A stretch of 51,443 nt of DNA from Bacteroidota bacterium (lineage in GTDB: Bacteria > Bacteroidota > Rhodothermia > Rhodothermales > Rubricoccaceae): positions 1-51,443 of the forward strand of contig JBCDLV010000001.1 in the NCBI GenBank assembly GCA_038744895.1, in the 5' to 3' direction. Every line of letters starts with the position of its first letter. Positions within the stretch are counted from its first letter, which is position 1. Of this stretch, positions 17,562-25,999 are shown in pieces. The position numbers and the translations under genes are program-made. Under the pieces are notes generated by a model. It was not told the origin of the DNA, did no database searches, and was given only the letters and a program-made list of their open reading frames with translations.

Positions 17562-17657
17562 ATCCTCAAGGCGATCCCGCAAGGGACGGGCGCGGGCGAT
17601 GCCTAGGGCGCGCTCTGCACTCGTCCTCCTGACCTCACCGCCGCCTGCCGATGATTG

Positions 17658-19643
17658 CTATTGGCGGATCCTCTGGGCAATGTTGACGAAACTGAAGCCG
17701 ACTCCCCAATACTCGTTCGCACCCGACCCATCCCCACGGGAGGTGAGCGGGAACCCGCCTGTGATGATCAGCGCGCCATCAAAGAGGGTGAGGAGACCGC
17801 CGACGGCAATGTCAAACGTCGAGTCTTCCACGACCGAGAAGACCACCTGGGCATCTTGACCCTCGTCTGGATTCCCAGGCGTGAACGTGCGATCGGTTTC
17901 CAACTTCCCAAACTGAGGAAAGGACACGTTGACCCCGAACCCCGGCTGGAGGAACCGGAAGGGCTCCGTGTACCACGGGCCGCCAGGTCTAGGCCGGAAC
18001 GTCCAACTGAGGGTGACCCCCGGAGCGGGCTCGAAGTCGACGTCCCGGGGCGTCGTGAGGCTGGCGTCCAGATCGGCGACCGACCCGCTCCCCAGGTCCT
18101 CTTCGAGTTCGGCGATCGTCGCCCCGTCGCGGCGGAGGAAGAGGAACGAGTCGGCCACTTCACGGACGAGCCCGAACTCACGGACGGTGAGGCGGAGGAC
18201 GAGGGATCGCGGGACAGTCCCAGCGCGAGCCTCGTTCTGAATGGTGAGGACGATCACGTCGCCCGGTCGGGCATCGCTCTGCCGGACGAGCACAGACGTG
18301 TCAACCAGATTGTAGATGAGGCGGGACCTCATGCGCGCAGGTCCGCTATCGCCGAAGGCATCGAAGGCGTCCCGGAACGCAGCGAGCCCGTCGAACACAG
18401 CCCGGAGAGATGAGGCCGCCTGGTCGTACTGGGCCGGGGTCGACGCGTCCGTAAGGGGTTGCCGTTCAAGCCCGTCGATGGCACGGGTCAGGCTGGCCGC
18501 GAGGTCTCGGAGCTGAAGTGCGTTTCGTTGGGAGAGGTCCGCGTAATCACCGACGACCCCGACGTTCGCCGGAGCGGCGATCGTGTTGAGGACGGACGCG
18601 AGCCTGGCGCGCTGCGCGAGGAGCTGACGACGAAGGCTGGAGACGACCTCGCGGTTGATGGCAGCCGCGTCAGCTCGTTCCTCGCGCGCTTGCCGCTCCG
18701 CGTTCTGGACGACCGCCAGGGTATTCCGTAGCGCATCCAGTTCTTGCTCCTTCTGTACCACTTCCGCGTTCGCACGCTCTGCCGCTCGTGATGCATCACG
18801 GATCTGAGCCACGAGCTGTCGAAGAGCGAGTTCGCTTTCGAAGCCTCGCGCCGAGAGCCTGCCCAGGCCAGACTCCGGATCAATCGGGGGCTCCGAGATG
18901 GCGGCATCGGTGGACTGGCTTTCGGCGGGGCCACTCTGGAGGAGGCCCACGACGTCGGTCTGAAATTGAAAGAGGTCGGTCTCCGAGACGAACCCATAGG
19001 ACTCGAGGAGCCGGGTAATCGTCCGCCGCTCGCTCTCAGCTCGCGCCCTCGCCTCAGAGAGCTCACTCCGGAGTCGTTCCAGTTCTGGGGTCTCGGTCGC
19101 CGAATCGACAGGGGCCGGAATCTCGTAGTCGATGGACCGGAGGTCGTCGAGGTCTGACCCCGCCCCTAGAGAGCGCCGCACAGCGTCGACGTCGCGGAAA
19201 GCGGTGATGACCTCGCGGCCAGATTGGACACGGGCGACCGCGGTCTTGGCTTCTTCGCCGACGACCGAGTAGCCCGGAATCTCGAGCGCACGGTCTCCGA
19301 TCCGGCCGGTGATCGTTACTGCGGCCTCGAAAGCACCGACGCCGCGTGTGGTGAGTTCGGAGTCGACCTCAAGGAGCCGCTCACGGTCAAACGTGATGAG
19401 GATGCGGCTGTCGATGTCGACCTCGGCATTCACGTATTCGACGCCGTCTGGGACTGAAATCGGTCGCGGAGAGGGGCAGCCGTCTCTCGAGCTCGGACAC
19501 TCTTGCACGCTCACGAACGCGCGGGGGTGGAAGGGGTCTGACCTCCCCTGCTCTCCTTGTCCATTTGACGTCGTCGTCTGTGCGACCGACGGGACCGCTA
19601 GGACGAGCACGGAAAGGATTGAGAGCAGCGGTGTGCGGGTCAT
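17658..19643 (-). CDS. Secreted hypothetical protein (661 aa) with central coiled coil and beta-rich C-terminus
   Basis: Signal peptide MTRTPLLSILSVLVLAVPSVA/Q; heptad-rich middle; amphipathic strands near the end (EYWGVGFSFV). Confidence 0.75.
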   Translation of the reverse strand: MTRTPLLSILSVLVLAVPSVAQTTTSNGQGEQGRSDPFHPRAFVSVQECPSSRDGCPSPRPISVPDGVEYVNAEVDIDSRILITFDRERLLEVDSELTTRGVGAFEAAVTITGRIGDRALEIPGYSVVGEEAKTAVARVQSGREVITAFRDVDAVRRSLGAGSDLDDLRSIDYEIPAPVDSATETPELERLRSELSEARARAESERRTITRLLESYGFVSETDLFQFQTDVVGLLQSGPAESQSTDAAISEPPIDPESGLGRLSARGFESELALRQLVAQIRDASRAAERANAEVVQKEQELDALRNTLAVVQNAERQAREERADAAAINREVVSSLRRQLLAQRARLASVLNTIAAPANVGVVGDYADLSQRNALQLRDLAASLTRAIDGLERQPLTDASTPAQYDQAASSLRAVFDGLAAFRDAFDAFGDSGPARMRSRLIYNLVDTSVLVRQSDARPGDVIVLTIQNEARAGTVPRSLVLRLTVREFGLVREVADSFLFLRRDGATIAELEEDLGSGSVADLDASLTTPRDVDFEPAPGVTLSWTFRPRPGGPWYTEPFRFLQPGFGVNVSFPQFGKLETDRTFTPGNPDEGQDAQVVFSVVEDSTFDIAVGGLLTLFDGALIITGGFPLTSRGDGSGANEYWGVGFSFVNIAQRIRQ

Positions 19644-19906
19644 AGGGTTGTGTGTTCGATGGTCGATTGCGTCGTGCGTGTGGCGGGAGATAGAACATAT
19701 AGATCGGGACCCGATAATCGTCCTGGCGGTCCAGCTAGAGGGCGTCTCTTGGCTGGGTAGAAGCGCGTGGAGCAGGACACCCCAAAAATGGCTGCTCCCT
19801 GTGCCAAAGGCGGCGCGAGCCATGAGAACCCACCGCGAGGGGCGCGGCTCGCGGCGAGCGCCCCCCACGGTGGGGGGTGCCGAGTCACCAGTCCCTGTCT
19901 CTCGCC

Positions 19907-20887
19907 ATGCCACTCACCGCTCTCCGCCCCGCGACCTCGCCTCGGTGGATATCCCTGGACCCCGCCGTTGCCGACACCCTCACGGCCCAGGCCGCCCGCT
20001 GGGCCGACTACGTCCTGAACGACGGTACGCTCCCACCCGCGTACGTCGCCCGCAAAGCCCTCGACGCCGTCGCGTTCTCGTTCCGCCACGGCCTCCGCAC
20101 CCTCGCCGTCCCGACCAAGCTCGTCGGCGTCGAGGCCCACCAGCACGCCGTCGAGGCCCTTTCGCTGTATGAGCAGCGGCCGGACCGCCATCGGCCCCGC
20201 CTCGCCGTCACCGCCGGGCCGAGGGGCGCCCTCCACGTCTCCGCCGTCCGCTCCGACGGCTCGCTCCAGCCCGTCGGGCGCCTCCAGCCCAAGCACACTG
20301 GTTGGGCGACCCCGCTCCTCGGTGATGGCCACCACGCGGGCCTCACGGTCCACCTCCACGCCGTCACCGGCCTCGACCGCCGCGCGCGCGGGCTCCCCGT
20401 GACCCTTGGCGTCAACGTCCGGCTCTCGGGCTTCGACGACGCCCTCGGCGTTCCGCCCGCTCCGGCGCCGCCGGGTCCGCCACTCCGTGCGGTCGCCGAA
20501 CCGTCAGGTCGGCGCAGCCAATCTCTCGTCGCTTACCACACCCGCGGTGAGAGCGCACGCGCACAGGAGCCCGCCGCCACGCTCGCCGTCCGCCTCTGGC
20601 GCGACGGCGATGGCGTCGCCCGCATGACGTGCCCCCACGTCGTCCGGCACTCGCCGACCGGTCCCGAATGGGGCTACGGCGGCAGCGGCCCCGCCGACTG
20701 CGCCCGGTCTGTCCTCCTCGCTCTCACGGATGAGGCTACGGCCGACGCCCACTACCAGGACTTCAAGCGCGAGGTCATCGCCGAGCTCCCGGAGCACGGA
20801 GCCGTCATCCAGCGCACGAGCGTCCTCGCTTGGATGGCGGGCCACGACAAGGCACCCGGTGAGGCTGCCACGGGGGGCGCCGCCTGA
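19907..20887 (+). CDS. HIRAN-like plus DUF6166 fusion protein
   Basis: C-terminal HVVRHSPTGPEWGYGGSGPADCARSVL...YQDFK is the DUF6166 signature; the middle VGRLQPKH..WATPLL...HAVTG...LGVNVRL resembles HIRAN. Confidence 0.7.
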   Translation: MPLTALRPATSPRWISLDPAVADTLTAQAARWADYVLNDGTLPPAYVARKALDAVAFSFRHGLRTLAVPTKLVGVEAHQHAVEALSLYEQRPDRHRPRLAVTAGPRGALHVSAVRSDGSLQPVGRLQPKHTGWATPLLGDGHHAGLTVHLHAVTGLDRRARGLPVTLGVNVRLSGFDDALGVPPAPAPPGPPLRAVAEPSGRRSQSLVAYHTRGESARAQEPAATLAVRLWRDGDGVARMTCPHVVRHSPTGPEWGYGGSGPADCARSVLLALTDEATADAHYQDFKREVIAELPEHGAVIQRTSVLAWMAGHDKAPGEAATGGAA

Positions 20888-20981
20888 TGCCTGTGCTCGG
20901 TGGATCGAGGGCTCGCGACCGCACGGCGAGACAGCATCAGACAACGGCTTGAGACAGAGCATTCGGGTAGGGGGAAGTATT

Positions 20982-21009
20982 TCGGCCCGGCGTGTACACG
21001 CCGGGCCGA
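20982..21009. repeat. Perfect 28-bp palindrome
   Basis: TCGGCCCGGCGTGTACACGCCGGGCCGA equals its own reverse complement. Confidence 0.95.
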
Positions 21010-21109
21010 CGTAACTCTTTCTTCACACGCCCCACGCCCCCCGCCCCCCGCCCTCCGCCGCCCCGCCATTCTCGAACCACCCCGCGCCCACTGTTCGCGC
21101 CTTCGTGCC

Positions 21110-21730
21110 ATGCCGAACCGTACTCCTGACTGCTCGCCCCCGCCGCCGCCATCCCGAACCGGCGTCGGCCCGTACACGGAGCCTCAACTCCGTCTTCACC
21201 TGGCCGACGTTTACGACCGGTACCGAGAGCCCCTTTTGAAGTACGCGGAAACGCTCTTTGACACCCGAGATATCGCCCACACCCACGAGGACGTGGTCCA
21301 CGACGCCTACGAGGCGGCCTGGAACCGCGCCCTCGCCCTCGCCAGCCCGGCCCCGCTCGCGTATCCCTACCTCAGGGAGATCGTGCGCAACCGTGTCCCG
21401 GCGCTGAAGAAACGGGCGACGCCCGTGCCTTCGTTCGCTCACCTCCCGGCCGAGCCGGACGCGGAGGCGGACCGTAACCGCTCCGCCCTCGACCGCCGGG
21501 ACTTCGAGGTCCTCTTCGCCGCGGTCCAGCGCGAGGTCGAAGCCCTCTCGGGTCACCAGCGAACAGCGATGGAGGGTGCCCTGGCGGATCGGTCTCACAC
21601 CGACGTCGTCGCGGACAGCTCGATCGCGTCCGTCGAGTCCGCACGGACCCACCTCTCTCGCGCCCGACGAAAGATCCGGGTCGGCATCGCGCGCTTCCTC
21701 CGCGAGCACTTCCCAAGCGAGAACGACTAG
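21110..21730 (+). CDS. ECF-like sigma-70 family RNA polymerase sigma factor
   Basis: Region 2: VYDRYREPLLKYA...HEDVVHDAYEAAW...YLREIVRNR. Region 4: LSGHQRTAM...SVESARTHLSRARRKIR. Confidence 0.75.
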   Translation: MPNRTPDCSPPPPPSRTGVGPYTEPQLRLHLADVYDRYREPLLKYAETLFDTRDIAHTHEDVVHDAYEAAWNRALALASPAPLAYPYLREIVRNRVPALKKRATPVPSFAHLPAEPDAEADRNRSALDRRDFEVLFAAVQREVEALSGHQRTAMEGALADRSHTDVVADSSIASVESARTHLSRARRKIRVGIARFLREHFPSEND

Positions 21731-21843
21731 CTCACGGCACGGGCGCGGCGACCTCACGCTGCGCCCGTGCCATATCGCCCACCCTGGTCCGGGCACAGCC
21801 TCACCCCACCCGGACCAACCTTAACCGACCAGACCCTATTCCC

Positions 21844-22200
21844 ATGCCGTACGACACTTCGGACCCCACGCGCCGCGCCCCCCGAACCGGGAGCGCCGAT
21901 CGCGACGGGGCCTTCGTCGAGGCCGCTGCTCCCCCCCGGGGCGGCTCCCCGTCGCTCCGCCCCCCCCTCCTCGACACCGTTCGTGGGTTCTTCCACGCGG
22001 ACCCCCCGTGCGAGGTCGCTGACGCCCGTACCTCCCCGCCCGGCCATGTACCCCCCGACCAGCCCGAGGACGCCCCGTCCTCTCGCCCCGTCCGCCCCCT
22101 CCTCGATGCCTTCGCCGCGCTGCATGACGCGGGCGCGTCGCTCGATGCGTACGACCGTGTCCAGCGCGCCTACTACGGTGACGACAATCCGGACGGCTAG
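21844..22200 (+). CDS. Small hypothetical protein (118 aa), Pro-rich with a helical C-terminus
   Basis: ATG 21844, GC3 bias, followed by a terminator-like hairpin. Confidence 0.55.
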   Translation: MPYDTSDPTRRAPRTGSADRDGAFVEAAAPPRGGSPSLRPPLLDTVRGFFHADPPCEVADARTSPPGHVPPDQPEDAPSSRPVRPLLDAFAALHDAGASLDAYDRVQRAYYGDDNPDG

Positions 22201-22250
22201 CCGTCGCTGTTCGACCCTCCGATCCCGGCCGGAAGTGCCGGGCGAGGAAC

Positions 22251-22294
22251 AAGGGGGCGAGCCGGGGTCCACGACCCGCCGGCTCGCCCCTTTT
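22251..22294 (+). terminator. Rho-independent terminator-like hairpin
   Basis: GGGGCGAGCCGG (22254-22265) pairs with CCGGCTCGCCCC (22279-22290), followed by TTTT. Confidence 0.7.
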
Positions 22295-22321
22295 GTCATG
22301 GCCTCTTCCCCCGCGACCGCT

Positions 22322-23272
22322 ATGACTCCCTTCGACCACGTTTGGACCCACGTTCGTGCCTCGGGCGCCGCCGCGATCCCGAGCCCCCTCCCGGCCGATG
22401 CCTGGAGCCACCTCTACACTGCGCTCGACGTGCTCGCCGACGAACTCCGCGGCGACGACGCGCTGGCGGCCGAGTTCGACGCTGCCGCCCGAGCGTGGCA
22501 GGGCGAGTCTGGACTCCGGGACCATTACTCCGGCTACTTCACCCCGTACTACCGCGACCGCGTCGGGCAGACCGACAAGGACCAGAAAACGATCTTCCAG
22601 CTCTGCCAGCCCTACTACGCCTACGTCTACCGGCGTTTCCCCCATCTCGTCCAGGTACCCGCGTTCCGCGCCCTGCTCCAGGGGACCCAGGCCGCGCTCT
22701 CGGCCTGCGAGCGCGATCTCACCGCCCTCGTCGAGTCGCTCAGCGTGGTCTCCCCGGAGCTCGCGGATCGGCTTGTCCACGACAGCCCCGTCCGACCGAC
22801 GGCGCTCCGTCTCCTCAGCTACGTCAGCGACGATCACTTCTTCACCAACCCCCACGTCGACAAGAGCGCGGTCACGGTCATCCTCCACACCGACGACCCC
22901 ACGGATGACCCCTGTCTCGTCGTCGCCGGCCCGAGCGGCCGGACGCTCCGTCTCAGCGACTTCTACGCACCGGAGCGCGCCCCCGACGAGTCCCTCGTCT
23001 TCTTCGGAGCTGCGGCCCAGCGTGTCGCTCCTGAACTGACGGCGACCCCGCACGGCGTACGCCCACCCGCGACCCCCCGGAGGCGCCACAGCGCCGTCTT
23101 CTTCTGGCTTCTCCCAGGCGTCGATCTCGCCCCCTTCAAGACCGACATCGACTACTGCGACGACCTCGGTACGGCACGCCCTGGACATGGGCGCCCCCGC
23201 GCCTCGTGCCGCTCATGCAAAGCTCGAACGACCGCCTCGTCTCCATCGCGAGGCTGTACCTCCACCATGTGA
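22322..23272 (+). CDS. 2OG-Fe(II) oxygenase (isopenicillin N synthase-like superfamily)
   Basis: LRLLSY...PHVDKSAVTV (HxD)...ATPHGV (H)...RHSAVFF (RxS). Start is ATG 22322 or 22298; the last ~30 aa look like read-through. Confidence 0.8.
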   Translation: MTPFDHVWTHVRASGAAAIPSPLPADAWSHLYTALDVLADELRGDDALAAEFDAAARAWQGESGLRDHYSGYFTPYYRDRVGQTDKDQKTIFQLCQPYYAYVYRRFPHLVQVPAFRALLQGTQAALSACERDLTALVESLSVVSPELADRLVHDSPVRPTALRLLSYVSDDHFFTNPHVDKSAVTVILHTDDPTDDPCLVVAGPSGRTLRLSDFYAPERAPDESLVFFGAAAQRVAPELTATPHGVRPPATPRRRHSAVFFWLLPGVDLAPFKTDIDYCDDLGTARPGHGRPRASCRSCKARTTASSPSRGCTSTM

Positions 23273-23286
23273 CCTGAGTAGATGAC

Positions 23287-23330
23287 GAGACGCCCTTCCT
23301 CAAACCACGGGGGAGGGCGTCTCTGTGTTT
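23287..23330 (+). terminator. Terminator-like hairpin
   Basis: GAGACGCCCT (23287-23296) pairs with AGGGCGTCTC (23314-23323), followed by TGTGTTT. Confidence 0.65.
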
Positions 23331-23486
23331 GTTGCGTTCACCGCCCGGTGAAGTGCCTACTGGGAGTGGGGAGAGAGGCTCCTGTCAACGCGCTCGTCAG
23401 ACTCCCAGTCGCGCGTGCTTGGCCGTCGTGACAGACCCCGCGCGGAAGCGGCGTGATCCTCCTGACTGGTCCTTATGGGCAGCGAT

Positions 23487-25436
23487 TCAGGCCCTCTCTC
23501 GAAGCAGCATCTTGCCGTCCGTACTGCTGAGCGACAGCATGACGAACGGGTCAATCTCGGGGACAGTTCTACGGGTGGTCAGAATGAGTTGCCATGGCAT
23601 CTCCTCGGGATCGCCATCCGGGTCTTGTAGTCCGGCCACGTATCGGAGGAGTTGCGCGTAACTGACCTCGTTCAGATCGCCTACGGCTGGAGAGTCGATG
23701 ACGAGCGTCCTCGGCATATAGGCGGGAGCCTCACGTGCAAGGCCCCACATCGCCATGTAATAGCCGAAAGCGATCAAGCCCTTGTAGGCGAGCCCGAATG
23801 ACTCGTACGCCATCCCGTTCACGGTGGGCATGAGCGTCTGTCGGGAGATCCGGCACTGCTCGTAGGCAGGGAATTGCACACCCCGGAGGACATGATCGAG
23901 GTGCTGCTCCAAGAGATTGAGCCGCCCTTCCCGAATCGCCGACACAGCCCGACGTTCGGCATCGAGCGCCTGCATTACTTCGAAGAGCCGGTCTACGTCG
24001 TCCCGGCGGTCGCTCAAGCTGGCAGCCTCTGAGGCGAGGGCTTCCGCCTGAAGAAGTTCCTTCTCACGCTCTGCGATGGTCCGACTTACATCGATAAGAC
24101 GATCTACCGAGGGGGCCACGAATCCTTGGACCGCCCGGTCCAGCTCTGCCGCTAAATCAGTCTCGGCTCTGCGGATCGCGGCGAGGGTCGCCTCGCTCGT
24201 CGCGATCTCCTCCCCAACGGAGCGGAGAATCTCCCGAACCTCTTCGAGTTGGGCTTCGATATCCGCCACATTCGGGGCCTGTATCGGGACGTCGTCAGAT
24301 GTTGAGCCGAGCGGCCGGGCGCACAGTGCGCAGTGCCCATGATCCTCACGGGCCTCCATCTCGCTCGTGACCGGCTGGAGGCAACGGGGGCACGACGAGA
24401 ACGCGACAGTACTGAGGATGAGCGATGAGGAACGGAGACGCTCGATCCGACCGAGGTCTTGGATCAAGGAGTTTTCCAACTCCTGAAGCCGCTCTCGCTC
24501 TTCCGTCCGACCGGTTAGGTCCTCTTCGGCCGCCGCCCTCTCCTCTTTGAGGCGGAGCAGGTCCACACGTACACCCTCCACCTGACCCTGGATGTCCGCC
24601 GCTGCGTCAGACTCCCGCCGGATCGCCTCCCGCACGTCCCACTCGTCCGAGAGAGCGGCTTCCAGGGCCGCCTGGCGCTCGTCGACCCGGGCTTGGGCCT
24701 CCAGCGCCGTCGGTACCCCGCGGGAGGCGAGGTAGCGACTGATCGAGTCGAGGTCATTCCGGGCGTCGTAGTAGGCGCGCTGTGCCTGCGCGAGCTCGAC
24801 CTCGACGGCGTGCCGACGGTCGGGGATGATCCCCGTGAGAAACCCGACGATGTCGGTCTTCCGCCGCTCCGGGTCCACCCGCTGGAGGATCGCCCCGAAG
24901 CTGTACTCCTGGTGAAGGAGAAACACCCGTGAGAGCAACGGGAACGAAAGCGGGGTCAGGTCCCCCTCCCTCGTCTTGACGGACACGAGCGGGATGCCGA
25001 GCCTGGACAAGAGCCAGTCCGACAGCTCATCGACCGAAAGCGTGGATCCTCCTGTGAGGTGCGTTTCCGGATGGTACCGGCCGCGACGTACGAGAACGGC
25101 TGCTGAGGTCTGCTGGAGCGACCGCTCAATCACGTATGTCTCGTCACCGAGGTCGATTTCGAGAAACAGTGAGTCGAGCCGGTGAGCGACTTCTGCGAAG
25201 TGGAACTTCCGCTTGCTCTTGATGCGGCGGCCCAGTCCGTAGCGAATGAGTTCGACGAGGCCTGTCTTCCCGGCTCGGTTCGAGGCCGTGGGGTCGGACC
25301 CCTCCGATTCAGATTCCACCACATTCAGTCCGCGTGAGAACGACACGTCGCACCCGAGTTCGCCAGTCACGACGACGCGGCGGATGATGAGGTCGCGGGA
25401 CCCTACGAGTTGAGGCGGGGGGATGGGTTCACTCAT
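23487..25436 (-). CDS. lmuB: Lamassu/ABC-three-component SMC-like ATPase
   Basis: FSRGLNVV, Walker A SNRAGKT, Q-loop LLHQE, coiled coils with CPRC and CALC hook, Walker B LVIDSP, WQLILT. Confidence 0.85.
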   Translation of the reverse strand: MSEPIPPPQLVGSRDLIIRRVVVTGELGCDVSFSRGLNVVESESEGSDPTASNRAGKTGLVELIRYGLGRRIKSKRKFHFAEVAHRLDSLFLEIDLGDETYVIERSLQQTSAAVLVRRGRYHPETHLTGGSTLSVDELSDWLLSRLGIPLVSVKTREGDLTPLSFPLLSRVFLLHQEYSFGAILQRVDPERRKTDIVGFLTGIIPDRRHAVEVELAQAQRAYYDARNDLDSISRYLASRGVPTALEAQARVDERQAALEAALSDEWDVREAIRRESDAAADIQGQVEGVRVDLLRLKEERAAAEEDLTGRTEERERLQELENSLIQDLGRIERLRSSSLILSTVAFSSCPRCLQPVTSEMEAREDHGHCALCARPLGSTSDDVPIQAPNVADIEAQLEEVREILRSVGEEIATSEATLAAIRRAETDLAAELDRAVQGFVAPSVDRLIDVSRTIAEREKELLQAEALASEAASLSDRRDDVDRLFEVMQALDAERRAVSAIREGRLNLLEQHLDHVLRGVQFPAYEQCRISRQTLMPTVNGMAYESFGLAYKGLIAFGYYMAMWGLAREAPAYMPRTLVIDSPAVGDLNEVSYAQLLRYVAGLQDPDGDPEEMPWQLILTTRRTVPEIDPFVMLSLSSTDGKMLLRERA

Positions 25437-25996
25437 ATCGGCTCGTCATAGTCCCGGGCGACGACCTCCGGGAATCGTTCGTAGATGTACGCCTTCAGTC
25501 GGCTGCCGGTGAACGTTCCGAACACGCTCCGCACTGCGTCCGCCCGGTGCGCTATCCCGGCGTATGCGCCGTCGTCGGCGAGTTCAGAAGCCACTGCCCG
25601 ACCCTCCTCCGTCACGCGGAACACCTCGGTTCGGCCCTCGATGTCCACCTCGACGAGGCCCTTCCCGATCAGGTACGCGAGGACGACGTAGTAGGCATGG
25701 TCCCACGGACCGTATTTGTAGCGAACCATCGGGGCCTCCACCGTCGGAGCGGGATCGCTCAGCGCGTCGAGCGTCGCCGCCGCTGCTCGAGTCCTCGGCT
25801 CCGCCATCCGCGCGGCCCGTACCAGGTACGTCGGATACCGAAGAAAGAAATCGAGCTTTGCAAGGAGTGTACGCCCTTTGATGCCGGGCGGCTTCGCGCC
25901 AGACCTTGGCCTGCCACATCGGTCGATGAGTAGCAGCAGCCGCGCCGCGTGGTAAGCGACGCTTTCGGTGTCAAAAGCTGGGGTGCGCTTCGCCAT
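25433..25996 (-). CDS. lmuC: Lamassu/ABC-3C middle component (wHTH-like)
   Basis: HAARLLLLI...LAKLDFFLRYP...MVRYKYGPWD..YY; lies between nuclease and SMC with an ATGA overlap. Confidence 0.8.
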   Translation of the reverse strand: MAKRTPAFDTESVAYHAARLLLLIDRCGRPRSGAKPPGIKGRTLLAKLDFFLRYPTYLVRAARMAEPRTRAAAATLDALSDPAPTVEAPMVRYKYGPWDHAYYVVLAYLIGKGLVEVDIEGRTEVFRVTEEGRAVASELADDGAYAGIAHRADAVRSVFGTFTGSRLKAYIYERFPEVVARDYDEPI

Positions 25997-25999
25997 CCG

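Noticed and set aside
21767-22297. N-terminal extension of the 501-aa ORF onto the oxygenase
   Set aside because: Off-frame reading of the 118-aa ORF, and it crosses a terminator hairpin.
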